Assembly (NCBI GenBank): GCA_035650575.1
Contig: DASRHM010000114.1
Coordinates: 2,265 to 66,264 of the forward strand
From: Dehalococcoidia bacterium
GTDB lineage: Bacteria > Chloroflexota > Dehalococcoidia > DSTF01 > JACRBR01
DNA length: 64,000 nt
Direction: 5' to 3'
The translations under genes were made by a program, and so were the position numbers. Below are positions 51,082-60,735 of the stretch, piece by piece (within the stretch, counting starts at the first letter, position 1; each line of letters begins with the position of its first letter). The notes under the pieces are model-generated. The model worked only from the letters and a program-made list of their open reading frames with translations, did not search any database and was not told the origin of the DNA.

Positions 51082-51948
51082 CTAGACGTCGATCTCGCCG
51101 CGCAGCTCCTGGTACACGCGGCGCACGTTCGCGACGACGCGCTCCTCCTCGTTCCACGCGGCGTACTCGCCGAGCTCGAACGCGTGCGCCGCTTCTTCGG
51201 CTGACACCCCCGCGCGGAACGCCTCGGTCGCGTGCGCGTGCACGCGCTCCAGGTAGTCCGTCATCTTCGCGAGCTCGCCGGCGCCGCCGACCGGCCCGTG
51301 GCCCGGCACGATCGCGCAGTCCGCGAATTCGGCGATGATGCGCTTGCAGACGGCGATCCACTTGCCGATGTGCCCTTCGAACGCGAGGGGCGTCACGTAG
51401 AAGAACGCCAGGTCGCCGGCGAACAGCAGGCGCTGTTCCGGGAGGTGTACCAGGATGTCTCCGCGCGTGTGCGCCGTGCCGAAGTGCAGCAGGCGCACGC
51501 GCGTGCCGCCGGCGTCGAGCTCGAGCGCGCCGCCCTCGAAGGTGCGGTCGGGGAGCCGCGGTTCGATGCCCCGCACCTCCTCGGCGAAGTGCGGCACGCT
51601 CGCCGTGAACGCCGCGATCGGCATGCCGACCCGCTCCATCTCCGCCCGGGCCCGGGCGTGCGAGATGATCTGCGTCGAGGCCGGGAAGCCGCCGTTTCCC
51701 AGCGTGTGGTCGAGGTGGTGGTGGGTGTTCAGCAGCCGCGCGATCTCGCCCGGCGCGACGCGGCGCGTCTCGTCGAGCAGCGCGCGCGTCATCGCCGGCG
51801 TGAAGAGCGCATCGACCACCGTGGCGCCGTCGCGGCCGGCGATGATGCCGGCGTTGGCGATGCAGTGCCCGCCGGTCGCCTGGACGTACGCGAAGACGCC
51901 CGGCGCCAGCTCCGTCGTGCCGGTCTCCCAGGTGCGCGGCTCGCTCAT
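51082..51948 (-). CDS. MBL-fold metallo-hydrolase
   Basis: HxHxDH motif NTHHHLDHTLGNGG plus downstream His/Asp ligands (LHFGTAHTRGD). Confidence 0.8.
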   Translation of the reverse strand: MSEPRTWETGTTELAPGVFAYVQATGGHCIANAGIIAGRDGATVVDALFTPAMTRALLDETRRVAPGEIARLLNTHHHLDHTLGNGGFPASTQIISHARARAEMERVGMPIAAFTASVPHFAEEVRGIEPRLPDRTFEGGALELDAGGTRVRLLHFGTAHTRGDILVHLPEQRLLFAGDLAFFYVTPLAFEGHIGKWIAVCKRIIAEFADCAIVPGHGPVGGAGELAKMTDYLERVHAHATEAFRAGVSAEEAAHAFELGEYAAWNEEERVVANVRRVYQELRGEIDV

Positions 51949-53564
51949 CGCGCCAGCGCCCGCCGCACGGTCTCGCGCACGTCGCGCAGGCGGAACGGCT
52001 TCGCGAGCACATCGTTGTCGACGCTCTGCAGGAAGCCGCGCGTGTCCGGCGCGACCGTATCGCCGGTAATGAAGATCACCCGCCGGGCGAGCGGGTTGCC
52101 TTCCTGCTGCAGTTGGCGGTACATGTCGGGTCCTCCCATGACAGGCATCTTGATGTCCGTGATGATCAGGTCGAAGGGCTCCGCGTGCAGGCGATCGAGG
52201 GCGTCGCGGCCGTTGCTCGCGAGCTGTACGTCGTGCCCGTCCATCTCGAGCACGCCCGTGAGCAACTTCTGGATGCTCTCCTCGTCGTCGACGACGAGGA
52301 TGCGCCGGCGCTCGACCGGCTCGGCGCCCGCGGTCTCGCGTGCGGGGCCCGCGTCGCGCGCCGGGGCCGTCGCGGTGACGAGCGGCAGCTCGATGGAGAA
52401 CGTCGTCCCGCGCCCGGGGCGGCTGTCGGCCCAGATGCGGCCGCCGTGCTCCTCGATGATGCCGTAGCTGATGGTGAGGCCGAGGCCGGTGCCTTCGCCG
52501 GCGTCCTTCGTCGTGAAGAACGGGTCGAAGATGCGGCGCAGCGTGTCGGGCGGGATGCCCGGCCCGCTGTCCTCGAACGTCACGAGCAGCCCGCCGTCGC
52601 TGCGCGCCGTGCGGATGCGCAGCCTGCCCTGGTCGCCGGCGCCGCGCATCGCCTGCTCGGCGTTGATCACGATGTTCAGGAACACCTGCTGGATCTGGTT
52701 CGTGTCCACCATCGTGTCCGGCAGGCCGGGGTCCAGGTCGCGCTCGACCTCGATGTTGCGCACGCGCAGGTCATAGTTCCGCAGCTCGAGCACGCGCTCG
52801 ATAAGGGTGTTCAGGTTGGCGGGCTCCTTCTGCGCCTTGCGCCGGCGTGCGAACGTGAGCAGGTTCGAGACGATCTTCGACGCGCGTTCCGCTTCCTCGT
52901 AGATCGTCTGCACCTGGCGGCGCGCGGTGTCATCGAGCGGGCGCAGCATGAGGAGCTGGGCGAACCCCATGATGCCCGTGAGCGGGTTGTTCAGCTCGTG
53001 CGCGACGCCCGAGACGAGCTGGCCGACGCTCGACATCTTCTCCGACTGCAGCAGGCGCTCCTGCACGAGCATGGTCTGCGAGCGCTGCTCGTCGAGGCGC
53101 TCGATCGCGCGCGAGACGTCGCTCGCCATCGCGAAGTAGAGGTTCGCCTGCTCGCGCGTGAGCGGCCGCGTGCGGCTGATCCGCAGCATGCCCGTGACCT
53201 GCCCCGCGACGACGAGCGGCGCGTCCTCGTACTGCTCCGGCTCCGCGAGGGGCTCGTCGGTCGCCGTCCGCAGGCGGATCACGGTCGGCTCGTCGTCCTG
53301 CCACGCGGCGTGGTCGGCGCCCGCGAGCTCGACGAACGCGGCGAGCGCCTGCACGTGCACGCCTTCGATGACGGACGGCCGCAGCGACCCGGCGGCGTAG
53401 ATCGGCGTGCGGTGGCGGCGGTCCTGGCACAACACCGCGACGGCGATGTCGAAGCCGAGCGACGGGCGCATCGCCTCCAGCACGAGCTGGAGCAGATCGA
53501 CGGCGCCGAAGATCCGCTCCTGCGGTGCGCCGTCGGCACGCGAGATCGCGCGTGAGAACACCAT
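51945..53564 (-). CDS. Hybrid sensor histidine kinase / response regulator (GAF-like N-terminus, HisKA, HATPase_c, C-terminal REC)
   Basis: H-box VAHELNNPLTG; N/G boxes (NIVINAEQAM, FDPFFTTKDAGEGTGLGL); receiver ILVVDDEESIQKLL...LIITDIKMP...KPF. Overlaps the MBL gene by 4 nt. Confidence 0.85.
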   Translation of the reverse strand: MVFSRAISRADGAPQERIFGAVDLLQLVLEAMRPSLGFDIAVAVLCQDRRHRTPIYAAGSLRPSVIEGVHVQALAAFVELAGADHAAWQDDEPTVIRLRTATDEPLAEPEQYEDAPLVVAGQVTGMLRISRTRPLTREQANLYFAMASDVSRAIERLDEQRSQTMLVQERLLQSEKMSSVGQLVSGVAHELNNPLTGIMGFAQLLMLRPLDDTARRQVQTIYEEAERASKIVSNLLTFARRRKAQKEPANLNTLIERVLELRNYDLRVRNIEVERDLDPGLPDTMVDTNQIQQVFLNIVINAEQAMRGAGDQGRLRIRTARSDGGLLVTFEDSGPGIPPDTLRRIFDPFFTTKDAGEGTGLGLTISYGIIEEHGGRIWADSRPGRGTTFSIELPLVTATAPARDAGPARETAGAEPVERRRILVVDDEESIQKLLTGVLEMDGHDVQLASNGRDALDRLHAEPFDLIITDIKMPVMGGPDMYRQLQQEGNPLARRVIFITGDTVAPDTRGFLQSVDNDVLAKPFRLRDVRETVRRALAR

Positions 53565-53823
53565 CTGAGGCCGGATTATACAGAAGGCCCGGCCGGCGTT
53601 GGACGGCGCGGGACAGCGCCTGACATCGGCGCTCGGGGTGCTGGCACCCGGCGCCTGCGGGGTGCGGGCGCCGCTTCCTCTTTCCCCTAGGCAGGCGTGG
53701 TGCTGGCAATGCGGGCGCGTGGTGCGCCCCTCGGGGGCGCCGCCGCATGGGGCGGTGCTTCGAGCGACCCAATACTAAGCCGAAATTGGGAATCGCGACG
53801 ACGGCCGACGCCGCGCGGGAGGC

Positions 53824-54651
53824 TTGATGCGGAAAGAACCCCCTTCGGACGCCCTGCAGCAGGACGACGCCGAGGAAGCGGTACCGGCGGAGGTCGCCGG
53901 GGCGGATGAACAGGAAGACCTGTTCTCAGACGCCAACCTCACCCGCATCATCAAGGAATACATGCCGCTCGTGCGGCACGCCGTGAACCGCATCGCCGTC
54001 GGCAGCACGAACGGCGGCATCCTGCAGTACGAGGACATGGTCTCTTGCGGTGTGCAGGGCCTGATCGAGGCCTGGCACTCTTTCGACCCCAACAAGGGCG
54101 CCAAGTTCTCGACGTACGCCCTCCCCCGCATCCGTGGCTCCATCCTCGACTCGATCCGCGCGACGCACCCGCTCCCGCGCTCGCTGCAGAAGTTCGGCAG
54201 CGATCTCGAGAAGGCGACCGCCGCGTTGCACGCGCGCCTGGGCCGCGCGCCGACGCGCAACGAGCTGGCGGAGCAGATGGGGATCGCGCCGGAGGATTTC
54301 CTGCACTCGCTGCGGACGAGCAATCTCAAGGTGATCTCCCTCGACAGCCTCGCCGAGACGGCCGCGAGCGGCAACAGCGAGAAGCTCTGGGAGATGGCCG
54401 ACGAAGACCCGAACATCGACCCGGACAGCGTCGCCGAGGAGACGATGGTGCGCGCGAAGCTCGCGCAGGCCGTCGAGCTGCTGCCGGACCGCGAGAAGAC
54501 GATCGTGCGCCTGTACTACATGAAGTCGCAGTCGCTGAAGAGCATCGGCCAGGCGCTGGGGATCTCCGAGTCGCGGGCGTCGCAGCTCCGCCACCGTGCC
54601 ATCCGCCGCCTGCGCATGGTCCTCACGCAGGAGCTGCAGGACGCCGCATGA
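53824..54651 (+). CDS. fliA: RNA polymerase sigma factor, FliA/WhiG (sigma-28) family
   Basis: Region 2.x/3 YALPRIRGSILDSIR and region 4 LKSIGQALGISESRASQLRHRAIRRLR. Confidence 0.75.
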   Translation: MMRKEPPSDALQQDDAEEAVPAEVAGADEQEDLFSDANLTRIIKEYMPLVRHAVNRIAVGSTNGGILQYEDMVSCGVQGLIEAWHSFDPNKGAKFSTYALPRIRGSILDSIRATHPLPRSLQKFGSDLEKATAALHARLGRAPTRNELAEQMGIAPEDFLHSLRTSNLKVISLDSLAETAASGNSEKLWEMADEDPNIDPDSVAEETMVRAKLAQAVELLPDREKTIVRLYYMKSQSLKSIGQALGISESRASQLRHRAIRRLRMVLTQELQDAA

Positions 54652-55697
54652 CGGAATCCGCCCGCACCGCCGTCCGCTTCATCGGCGAAAGCGCCGGTGC
54701 CGACGCCTGGGCGCGCGCGCTGCGCGGCGTCGATGGCGTCGAGCTCGCGCGCACCGCGGCCGCGGAGGATGCGTTCCTGGCGGCGCTCGCGGACGAGCGC
54801 GCGGCGGCGGTGGTCATCGCCGAGCCGCTGCCCGACCTCGCGGGCGCCGTGAAGCGCTGCGTGCTCGCCGGCCAGCACGTGTTCGTGACCGCGCTGCCGC
54901 CGCTGGCGTCGCGCCAGTTCGCCGCGATCGATGAGCTCGCCCGCCGGCGCCAGCGCGTCGTGCTGTTCGATACGCCCGCGCTCGCCGACGAGCACATCGC
55001 ATTCGTGCGGCGGATGACGCAGGGGCCCAACGCGATCTGGCGCCCGCGCTACGTGCGCGTCCTGCGGACCGGCTCGCGCGCCGGCACGGCGCTCGACGAT
55101 GTCGCGCTGGCGGAGGTCGTACGGACGCTGGCGATCGCGGGCGATGCGCCGGAGCGCGTCTCGGCGTTCGCGCCGCGGGTCGACGACGAGTCGGGCGCCG
55201 CGGACGTTGCGATGATCACGCTGCAGTTCGCCCACGGGCCCGTCGCCCGCATCGATGTCAGCCTGCTGGAGCCGGCGGAGCGCGACGAAGCGCACGTCGT
55301 CTGCGACGGCCGCACGATCGTCCTTCAGCCGCGCGCCGGCGACGCCGCGCTGCAGATCCAGGCGGCGGCGCAGCACCGCGGGCCGCGGCCGGGGACGCCC
55401 TGGGCCGAGACGATCAGCGAATACCCGGCGGGGCCCGCGCCTGACCGCATGGCCGCCGCTGCCAGCGCGTTCGTCGCGGCGGCGCGCGGACGCGACCTCG
55501 CCGCGACGAACGCGCGCGACGCCGCACGCGCGGCGCTCGTGTGGGAGCGCGCGCGCGCTTCGATGGCCGCCGGCGGCGAGATCTTGCCCGTCGCGGACGG
55601 CGATGCGGAGGCGGCACGCCCGGAGTTGCGCGTGATCGAGGGCGGCGGCAGGCGCATCGCCTCGCGCGCACCGCGCCTCACCGTCGTCGGCCGCTGA
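54648..55697 (+). CDS. Gfo/Idh/MocA-like protein with degenerate NAD(P)-binding motif
   Basis: Layout VRFIGESAGADAW...AAVVIAEPLPDLAGAVKRCVLAGQHVFVTALPPLA...ELARRRQRVVLFD follows the Gfo/Idh/MocA N-domain pattern but lacks GxGxxG. ATG overlaps the fliA stop. Confidence 0.4.
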   Translation: MTESARTAVRFIGESAGADAWARALRGVDGVELARTAAAEDAFLAALADERAAAVVIAEPLPDLAGAVKRCVLAGQHVFVTALPPLASRQFAAIDELARRRQRVVLFDTPALADEHIAFVRRMTQGPNAIWRPRYVRVLRTGSRAGTALDDVALAEVVRTLAIAGDAPERVSAFAPRVDDESGAADVAMITLQFAHGPVARIDVSLLEPAERDEAHVVCDGRTIVLQPRAGDAALQIQAAAQHRGPRPGTPWAETISEYPAGPAPDRMAAAASAFVAAARGRDLAATNARDAARAALVWERARASMAAGGEILPVADGDAEAARPELRVIEGGGRRIASRAPRLTVVGR

Positions 55698-55906
55698 CGC
55701 TTCCGCCCTCGTGGCGAACGCGAACCGCGGCGGCAGCCAACTCCGCGCACGTCACGGCGCCAGGGCTGGCGCGGGCGTCGAATGGATCCCCTCGGCCCGG
55801 AACGGCCGCCGTACCGCCGTCCGCCATCTGCGCGCGAAGCCCGCACCGCGGATGACAACGAGGCCGCCCGTGGGGGCGGCCTTCGTGCTTCGACCGTCGG
55901 TCGTCG

Positions 55907-56125
55907 CTACACGCCGGTCGGCGGGGCGTGCTTCGTGCCGTTCGGCAGCTTGCGCTCGAACGGCTGGTCCTCGCCCTCGTGCCACAGCTCCTGGCGAAGC
56001 ACCGTGATCTCGCCCGGCGCGCTGATGCCGATCTTCACGCGGTCGCGCTCGACGCCGAGGACGCGCACCACGATGTTCCCCGAGATGACGATCCCCTGGT
56101 CGACTTTCCTGGTCAGAATCAGCAT
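55907..56125 (-). CDS. csrA: Carbon storage regulator CsrA
   Basis: MLILTRKVDQGIVISGNIVVRVLGVERDRVKIGISAPGEITVLRQEL is near-canonical CsrA. Confidence 0.8.
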   Translation of the reverse strand: MLILTRKVDQGIVISGNIVVRVLGVERDRVKIGISAPGEITVLRQELWHEGEDQPFERKLPNGTKHAPPTGV

Positions 56126-56313
56126 CGCAGCGTCTCCTTCGCGACTGCGCTCGCCCTCATGGCGGACGGGGCGGGCGCGCAGGGCGCGCCGTCACGCCGG
56201 AGATGTATCGGCAACCGGAGACGCGGCCGACTGGCGTGCGGGGCAGGGGGCGAAGAGTGGGGGGCGCGCACCCAGAGCGCGCGGGGTGCCGGACGCCGCT
56301 GCCCGCGGGCGGA

Positions 56314-56388
56314 TGGTGGGCCCGGCAGGATTCGAACCTGCGCGCCACCGGTTATGAGCCGGGTGCTCTGCCGCTGAGCTACGGGCCC
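56314..56388 (-). tRNA. tRNA-Met (anticodon CAT)
   Basis: Reverse strand GGGCCCGTAGCTCAGCGGCAGAGCACCCGGCTCATAACCGGTGGCGCGCAGGTTCGAATCCTGCCGGGCCCACCA; anticodon loop CTCATAA; encoded CCA. Confidence 0.85.
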
Positions 56389-56565
56389 GTCCCGGCGATT
56401 CTACCGCCCAGACGGGCGCCCGCCGCGCTGGCCGCGCCGCGGCACCGGAACGGCGCGGTCGCCGAAGGCGTTCTTCGGGGTGGCCGGCCGCGGTCCGGGC
56501 ACGTGCGGGCGGTTGACAGTCAGCCGGCGGGCGACGAGAATGAACGAAATTCAGCGAGAGGCATC

Positions 56566-57198
56566 GTGAACGAAGCGCCGGTCCTCGACCGCGCCCAGCG
56601 CGCCGAAGCGGCGAAGAAAATGCGCCGCGAGGAAATCCTTGCGGCCGCTCGCCGCGTCTTCGCGGAGCGCGGGTTCCGCGGCACGACGATCGCGGATATC
56701 GCGGAAGAGGCGGGCATCGCCCTCGGCACCATCTACCTCTATTTCCCCTCCAAGGAGGCGGTCTTCGGCGCCCTCAGCCGCCGCTTCGGGGAGATCATCG
56801 TCGAGGCCGCCCAGAAGGTGCCGGCCTCGCCGACGCTCGAGGAAGACGTCCGGCTGCGCATCGCGCGCGTATTCGATGCGTGCAGGGAGAACCGCGACCT
56901 CGTGCAGCTTGTAGTGATGAACAGCGACCCCGAGAGCGAGGTCGCGCGCCGCATGCGGCAGGCCGAGGAGGAGCGCAACCGCCCCTTCGTCGCCGGCATT
57001 GCCGCGGCGATGCGCCGGGGCGCCATCCGCGCCGGCGACCCGGCGGTGATGGCGCGCCTCGTCAGCGGCGTGGTGAGCATCGCCGTGTACCAGGCGTTCG
57101 TGATCTCGGGCGGAGAGAACGCGGACGCATTCCGCGACGCATGCGCCGACATGGTCGTGGCCTACATGACTCCGCCGGGCCGGGGCGAGCAAGGGTAA
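56566..57198 (+). CDS. TetR/AcrR-family transcriptional regulator
   Basis: GTG start; HTH ILAAARRVFAERGFRGTTIADIAEEAGIALGTIYLYFPSKEAVF. Confidence 0.75.
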   Translation: MNEAPVLDRAQRAEAAKKMRREEILAAARRVFAERGFRGTTIADIAEEAGIALGTIYLYFPSKEAVFGALSRRFGEIIVEAAQKVPASPTLEEDVRLRIARVFDACRENRDLVQLVVMNSDPESEVARRMRQAEEERNRPFVAGIAAAMRRGAIRAGDPAVMARLVSGVVSIAVYQAFVISGGENADAFRDACADMVVAYMTPPGRGEQG

Positions 57199-57213
57199 GA
57201 AGAGGAGCGGCAG

Positions 57214-58464
57214 ATGGCGTCGAACGACCGATTCTCGGAGAGCCAGCACGAGGCGCGCATCCGTGAGCGCCGGTTCAACACCGCCTGGCTCGCGGCGACC
57301 TCCACCTGGCTGTGGCTCGCGACGGCGGGCGTCGTCGTCGTCTTCTTCGGCCTCGGCGTCGATGCCTGGCGCCACAATCACAGCGCCGCCGAAGAGTCGC
57401 TGCTCAGCCTCTCGAACCCCGGTCACCTGATCGCCGCGATCGGCCTCGCGATGACCGGCGCCGGCGTGCTCATCGCGCTCACGCAGAGCATGCTGCGCGA
57501 TGCGCAGACCCGCGAGCACCTGATCCGGCGCTTCGTGCCGGTGGCCGCCGCCTGGGTCGCCGTCATCGCCGTCGGCACCGGGTCGCTCACCTACATCAAG
57601 GCGACCGGGGTAACGATCGGCCACACGCACGGGGCGACGGCCTCCGTCGCGGCCGATGGCCATGACCATGGGGCGACGACGACCACCGTCGGCGAGGGGC
57701 AGGACGCCAGCGGCGTCGCCAGCGCGCTCAAGGCGCAGGGCATCTCCACCGACGATGGCACTGACCCCTCGAAGGTCCCGGGCGCGCTCAACGGCACCGC
57801 GCACGACCACGGCAAGCAGCCGACCTTCACCCAGATCGAGTCGCTGGGCGAGGACCAGCTCCTGCCGCTGTTCCCTGCGAACACCGTGTCCGCCGCCGAC
57901 TTCTCGCAGCTCAAGTCCCAGATCGAGGCCGCGCGGAAGGTCGCGGAGCAGTTCCCGACCGTCGAGGCGGCGAAGGCCGCGGGCTACGTCAACACGACGA
58001 GCGACGTGCCCTACATGGGCGAGCACTACCTGAACTTCAACTACGTGCGTGATGGCGTCTTCGACCCATCGAAGCCCGAAGGCCTGCTCTTCAGCAAGAT
58101 CGACTCCGGCCCGGAGAAGCTCGTCGGCGTCTGGTACCTGCTGATCCCGGGCATCGGCGGCATCACCCGTGACACGCAGCCCGCCGGCTTCGCCAGCGAC
58201 CTCGACCTCTGGCACGCGCACGTCGGCCTCTGCCTGGTCGGGCTCTCGGGCGCGAGCGAGGGCGAGACGAAGGAGAGCTGCACCGCGAAGGGCGGTAACT
58301 TCACGCCGGACCTGCGCTGGATGATGCACGTCTGGGTGGCGCCCGGCATGGACAACCCGGACGGCGTCTTCGCCTACCTGAACAAGGACCTCTACCAGAA
58401 GCAGGTCGCGGCGGGGAACCAGAGCGCGCCCGTGAGCCCGCAGAACGGCACGATCGCGCAGTAG
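57214..58464 (+). CDS. Membrane protein with His-rich low-complexity segment (putative metal-binding), function unknown
   Basis: Three TM helices followed by HTHGATASVAADGHDHGATTTT and TAHDHGKQP His clusters; 16 nt downstream of TetR. Confidence 0.5.
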   Translation: MASNDRFSESQHEARIRERRFNTAWLAATSTWLWLATAGVVVVFFGLGVDAWRHNHSAAEESLLSLSNPGHLIAAIGLAMTGAGVLIALTQSMLRDAQTREHLIRRFVPVAAAWVAVIAVGTGSLTYIKATGVTIGHTHGATASVAADGHDHGATTTTVGEGQDASGVASALKAQGISTDDGTDPSKVPGALNGTAHDHGKQPTFTQIESLGEDQLLPLFPANTVSAADFSQLKSQIEAARKVAEQFPTVEAAKAAGYVNTTSDVPYMGEHYLNFNYVRDGVFDPSKPEGLLFSKIDSGPEKLVGVWYLLIPGIGGITRDTQPAGFASDLDLWHAHVGLCLVGLSGASEGETKESCTAKGGNFTPDLRWMMHVWVAPGMDNPDGVFAYLNKDLYQKQVAAGNQSAPVSPQNGTIAQ

Positions 58465-58562
58465 CCGCGCGCCGCGCCACGGAACAAGGCATCGGCGGGG
58501 CGTCCATTCAGGCGCCCCGCCTTCGTGTCCGGCGCCCCGCGCGCCTCCGATACACTGCGCGG

Positions 58563-59069
58563 GTGCCACGCACCGACCTCATCGGCCTGACCACGCCCGT
58601 GCACGTCACGAAGTACGACGGCTCGTACCACCGGCGCCTGCCGACGCGCTACGTCCAGCGCAAGCAGATGCTGCACCTGCTCGCGCTAGCCGCCGGCACG
58701 CCGGTGTGCCGCACGCCCGAGCCCGTCGACGATCCGGCGCCGCCGCTGCTGCAGTGGTCGGCGGACCTCTACCTCTGGGAGGACCGCTGGTACACGGTGC
58801 AGCGCGCCCGCCGGCCGGAGGGACCGCGCTACTACGTCGACATCGCGACGCCGGCGGAGTTCGATGGCGCCGCGTTCCACCTCGTCGACCTGGACCTCGA
58901 CGTCATGTGGGATCCCGGGTCGGAGCCCGAGGTGTGGGACGAAGACGAGTTCCTCGACCACTCCCGGGCCATGCGCTACCCTGCGCCCGTGATCGAGCAC
59001 GCGCGCTCCGCCGTGGACGAGGTCCTCGGCCTCATCCGGGAGCGCGCGTTTCCGTTTGACCGCGCATGA
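58563..59069 (+). CDS. DUF402-family protein (FomD-like putative nucleotide hydrolase)
   Basis: YYVDIATPAEFDGAAFHLVDLDLDVMWDP resembles the DUF402 core; stop overlaps the argS start. Confidence 0.6.
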   Translation: MPRTDLIGLTTPVHVTKYDGSYHRRLPTRYVQRKQMLHLLALAAGTPVCRTPEPVDDPAPPLLQWSADLYLWEDRWYTVQRARRPEGPRYYVDIATPAEFDGAAFHLVDLDLDVMWDPGSEPEVWDEDEFLDHSRAMRYPAPVIEHARSAVDEVLGLIRERAFPFDRA

Positions 59070-60730
59070 TCCGCGACACCATCGAAGCTGCCGTCCGCGA
59101 GGCCGCGCAGGCCGCGATCGACGCCGGCGAGCTGCCGCACGTGGCGCTGCCGGAGGTGACGGTCGAGCGCCCGGCGCGCGCCGAGCACGGTGACTACGCG
59201 ACGAGCCTGCCCCTCCGTCTCGCCCGCGCGGCGCGCGCGAACCCGCTCGAGATCGCAAAGGCCGTGGCCTCGCGCATCAGCACCGAAGGCCCGCTCCGCA
59301 GCGCCGAGGTCGCGCCGCCCGGCTTCATCAACTTCCGGCTGTCCGAAGCGTGGCTCGCGGCGCAGGTCGACGCGATCCTCGCGGCCGGCCCGCGCTTCGG
59401 CGATGTGGCGATGGGCAACGGCGCGAAGGTGCAGGTGGAGTTCGTCAGCGCGAACCCCACCGGCCCGCTGACCGCGGGCAACGGCCGCGGCGCCGCGATC
59501 GGCAGCGTGCTCGCATCGGTGCTCGAAGCGGCGGGGTACGCCGTCGAGCGCGAGTACCTCGTGAACGACGCCGGCACGCAGACCGAGGTCTTCGGGCGGA
59601 CGCTGCTCGCGCGCTACCTGCAGCTCTTCGGCAAGGACCTCGAGATCCCGCCCGATGGCTACCCGGGCGAGTACATGGTCGAGGTCGCGCAGCGGATCAA
59701 GGACGAGGCCGGCGACCGGTACGCGGACGCCGGCCCCGGCGAGCCGCCGCCGGAGCTGGTGCTGCGCGGCGTCGACATCGTCGTCGGATGGATCGAGCAG
59801 GACCTGCTCCGGTTGGGCGTGAAGTACGACGTCTGGTTCCGGGAGCGCTGGGTCTACGAGGACGAAAACGTCTACGAGACGGCGATGCTGGCGCTGCGCG
59901 AGAAGGGCTATCTCGTCGAGAAGGAGGGCGCGCTCTGGTTCGCCTCGACCGAGCTCGGCGAGGACAAGGACAACGTCGTCATCCGCAGCACCGGCCGCCC
60001 GACGTACTTCGCCTCGGACATCGCGTACCACTACGACAAGTTCGTCCGGCGCGGCTTCGACCGCGTGATCGACGTCTGGGGCGCCGACCACCAGGGCCAC
60101 GTCTCGCGCATGAAGGCCGCGGCGGCGGCACTCGGCATCGACCCGGCGCGGCTCGACATCCTGATCTACCAGCTCGTGAGCTTCCGCCGCGGCGACGAGG
60201 TCGTGCGGCTCTCGAAGCGCGCGGGGAACATCGTGCTGATCCGCGACGTCGTCGACGAAGTGGGCGCCGACGCCGCGCGCTTCTTCTTCCTCTCGCGCTC
60301 TGCCGACAGCCAGATGGAGTTCGACCTGGAGCTGGCGAAACGCCAGTCCGCCGAGAACCCGGTGTACTACGTGCAGTACGCGCACGCGCGCATCGCCGGC
60401 ATCCTGGGCACGGCGGCGGAGCGCATTCCGTCGTTCGACGATGGCGACGTCGCGCTGCTGGCGCACCCGGCCGAGCTCGAGCTGATCCGGCGCATGTTGC
60501 AGCTCCCGGAGCTGGTGCAGCACATGGCCCGGACGCTCGAGCCGCACCACCTGCCGCACTACGCGCAGGACCTCGCGACGGCGTTCCACGCCTTCTACAC
60601 GGAGTGCCGCGTCGTCGACACGGACAACATGCCGATATCCAAGGCGCGGCTCAAGCTCTGCGCCGCCGCCAAGCTCACGCTCGCCCGCGCGCTCACGCTG
60701 ATGGGCATGACCGCGCCCGAGCGCATGTAA
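59066..60730 (+). CDS. argS: Arginine--tRNA ligase
   Basis: HIGH-type region FVSANPTGPLTAGNGRGAA, KMSKS-like region and conserved ArgRS C-terminal anticodon-binding domain (DALS...YVQYAHAR). Confidence 0.9.
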   Translation: MIRDTIEAAVREAAQAAIDAGELPHVALPEVTVERPARAEHGDYATSLPLRLARAARANPLEIAKAVASRISTEGPLRSAEVAPPGFINFRLSEAWLAAQVDAILAAGPRFGDVAMGNGAKVQVEFVSANPTGPLTAGNGRGAAIGSVLASVLEAAGYAVEREYLVNDAGTQTEVFGRTLLARYLQLFGKDLEIPPDGYPGEYMVEVAQRIKDEAGDRYADAGPGEPPPELVLRGVDIVVGWIEQDLLRLGVKYDVWFRERWVYEDENVYETAMLALREKGYLVEKEGALWFASTELGEDKDNVVIRSTGRPTYFASDIAYHYDKFVRRGFDRVIDVWGADHQGHVSRMKAAAAALGIDPARLDILIYQLVSFRRGDEVVRLSKRAGNIVLIRDVVDEVGADAARFFFLSRSADSQMEFDLELAKRQSAENPVYYVQYAHARIAGILGTAAERIPSFDDGDVALLAHPAELELIRRMLQLPELVQHMARTLEPHHLPHYAQDLATAFHAFYTECRVVDTDNMPISKARLKLCAAAKLTLARALTLMGMTAPERM

Positions 60731-60735
60731 GGCCA

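Noticed and set aside
50943-56388. tRNA-Val and tRNA-Met genes as possible additional integration hotspots
   Set aside because: No partial tRNA duplicates, direct repeats or compositional shifts flank them. The surrounding genes are ordinary core functions.
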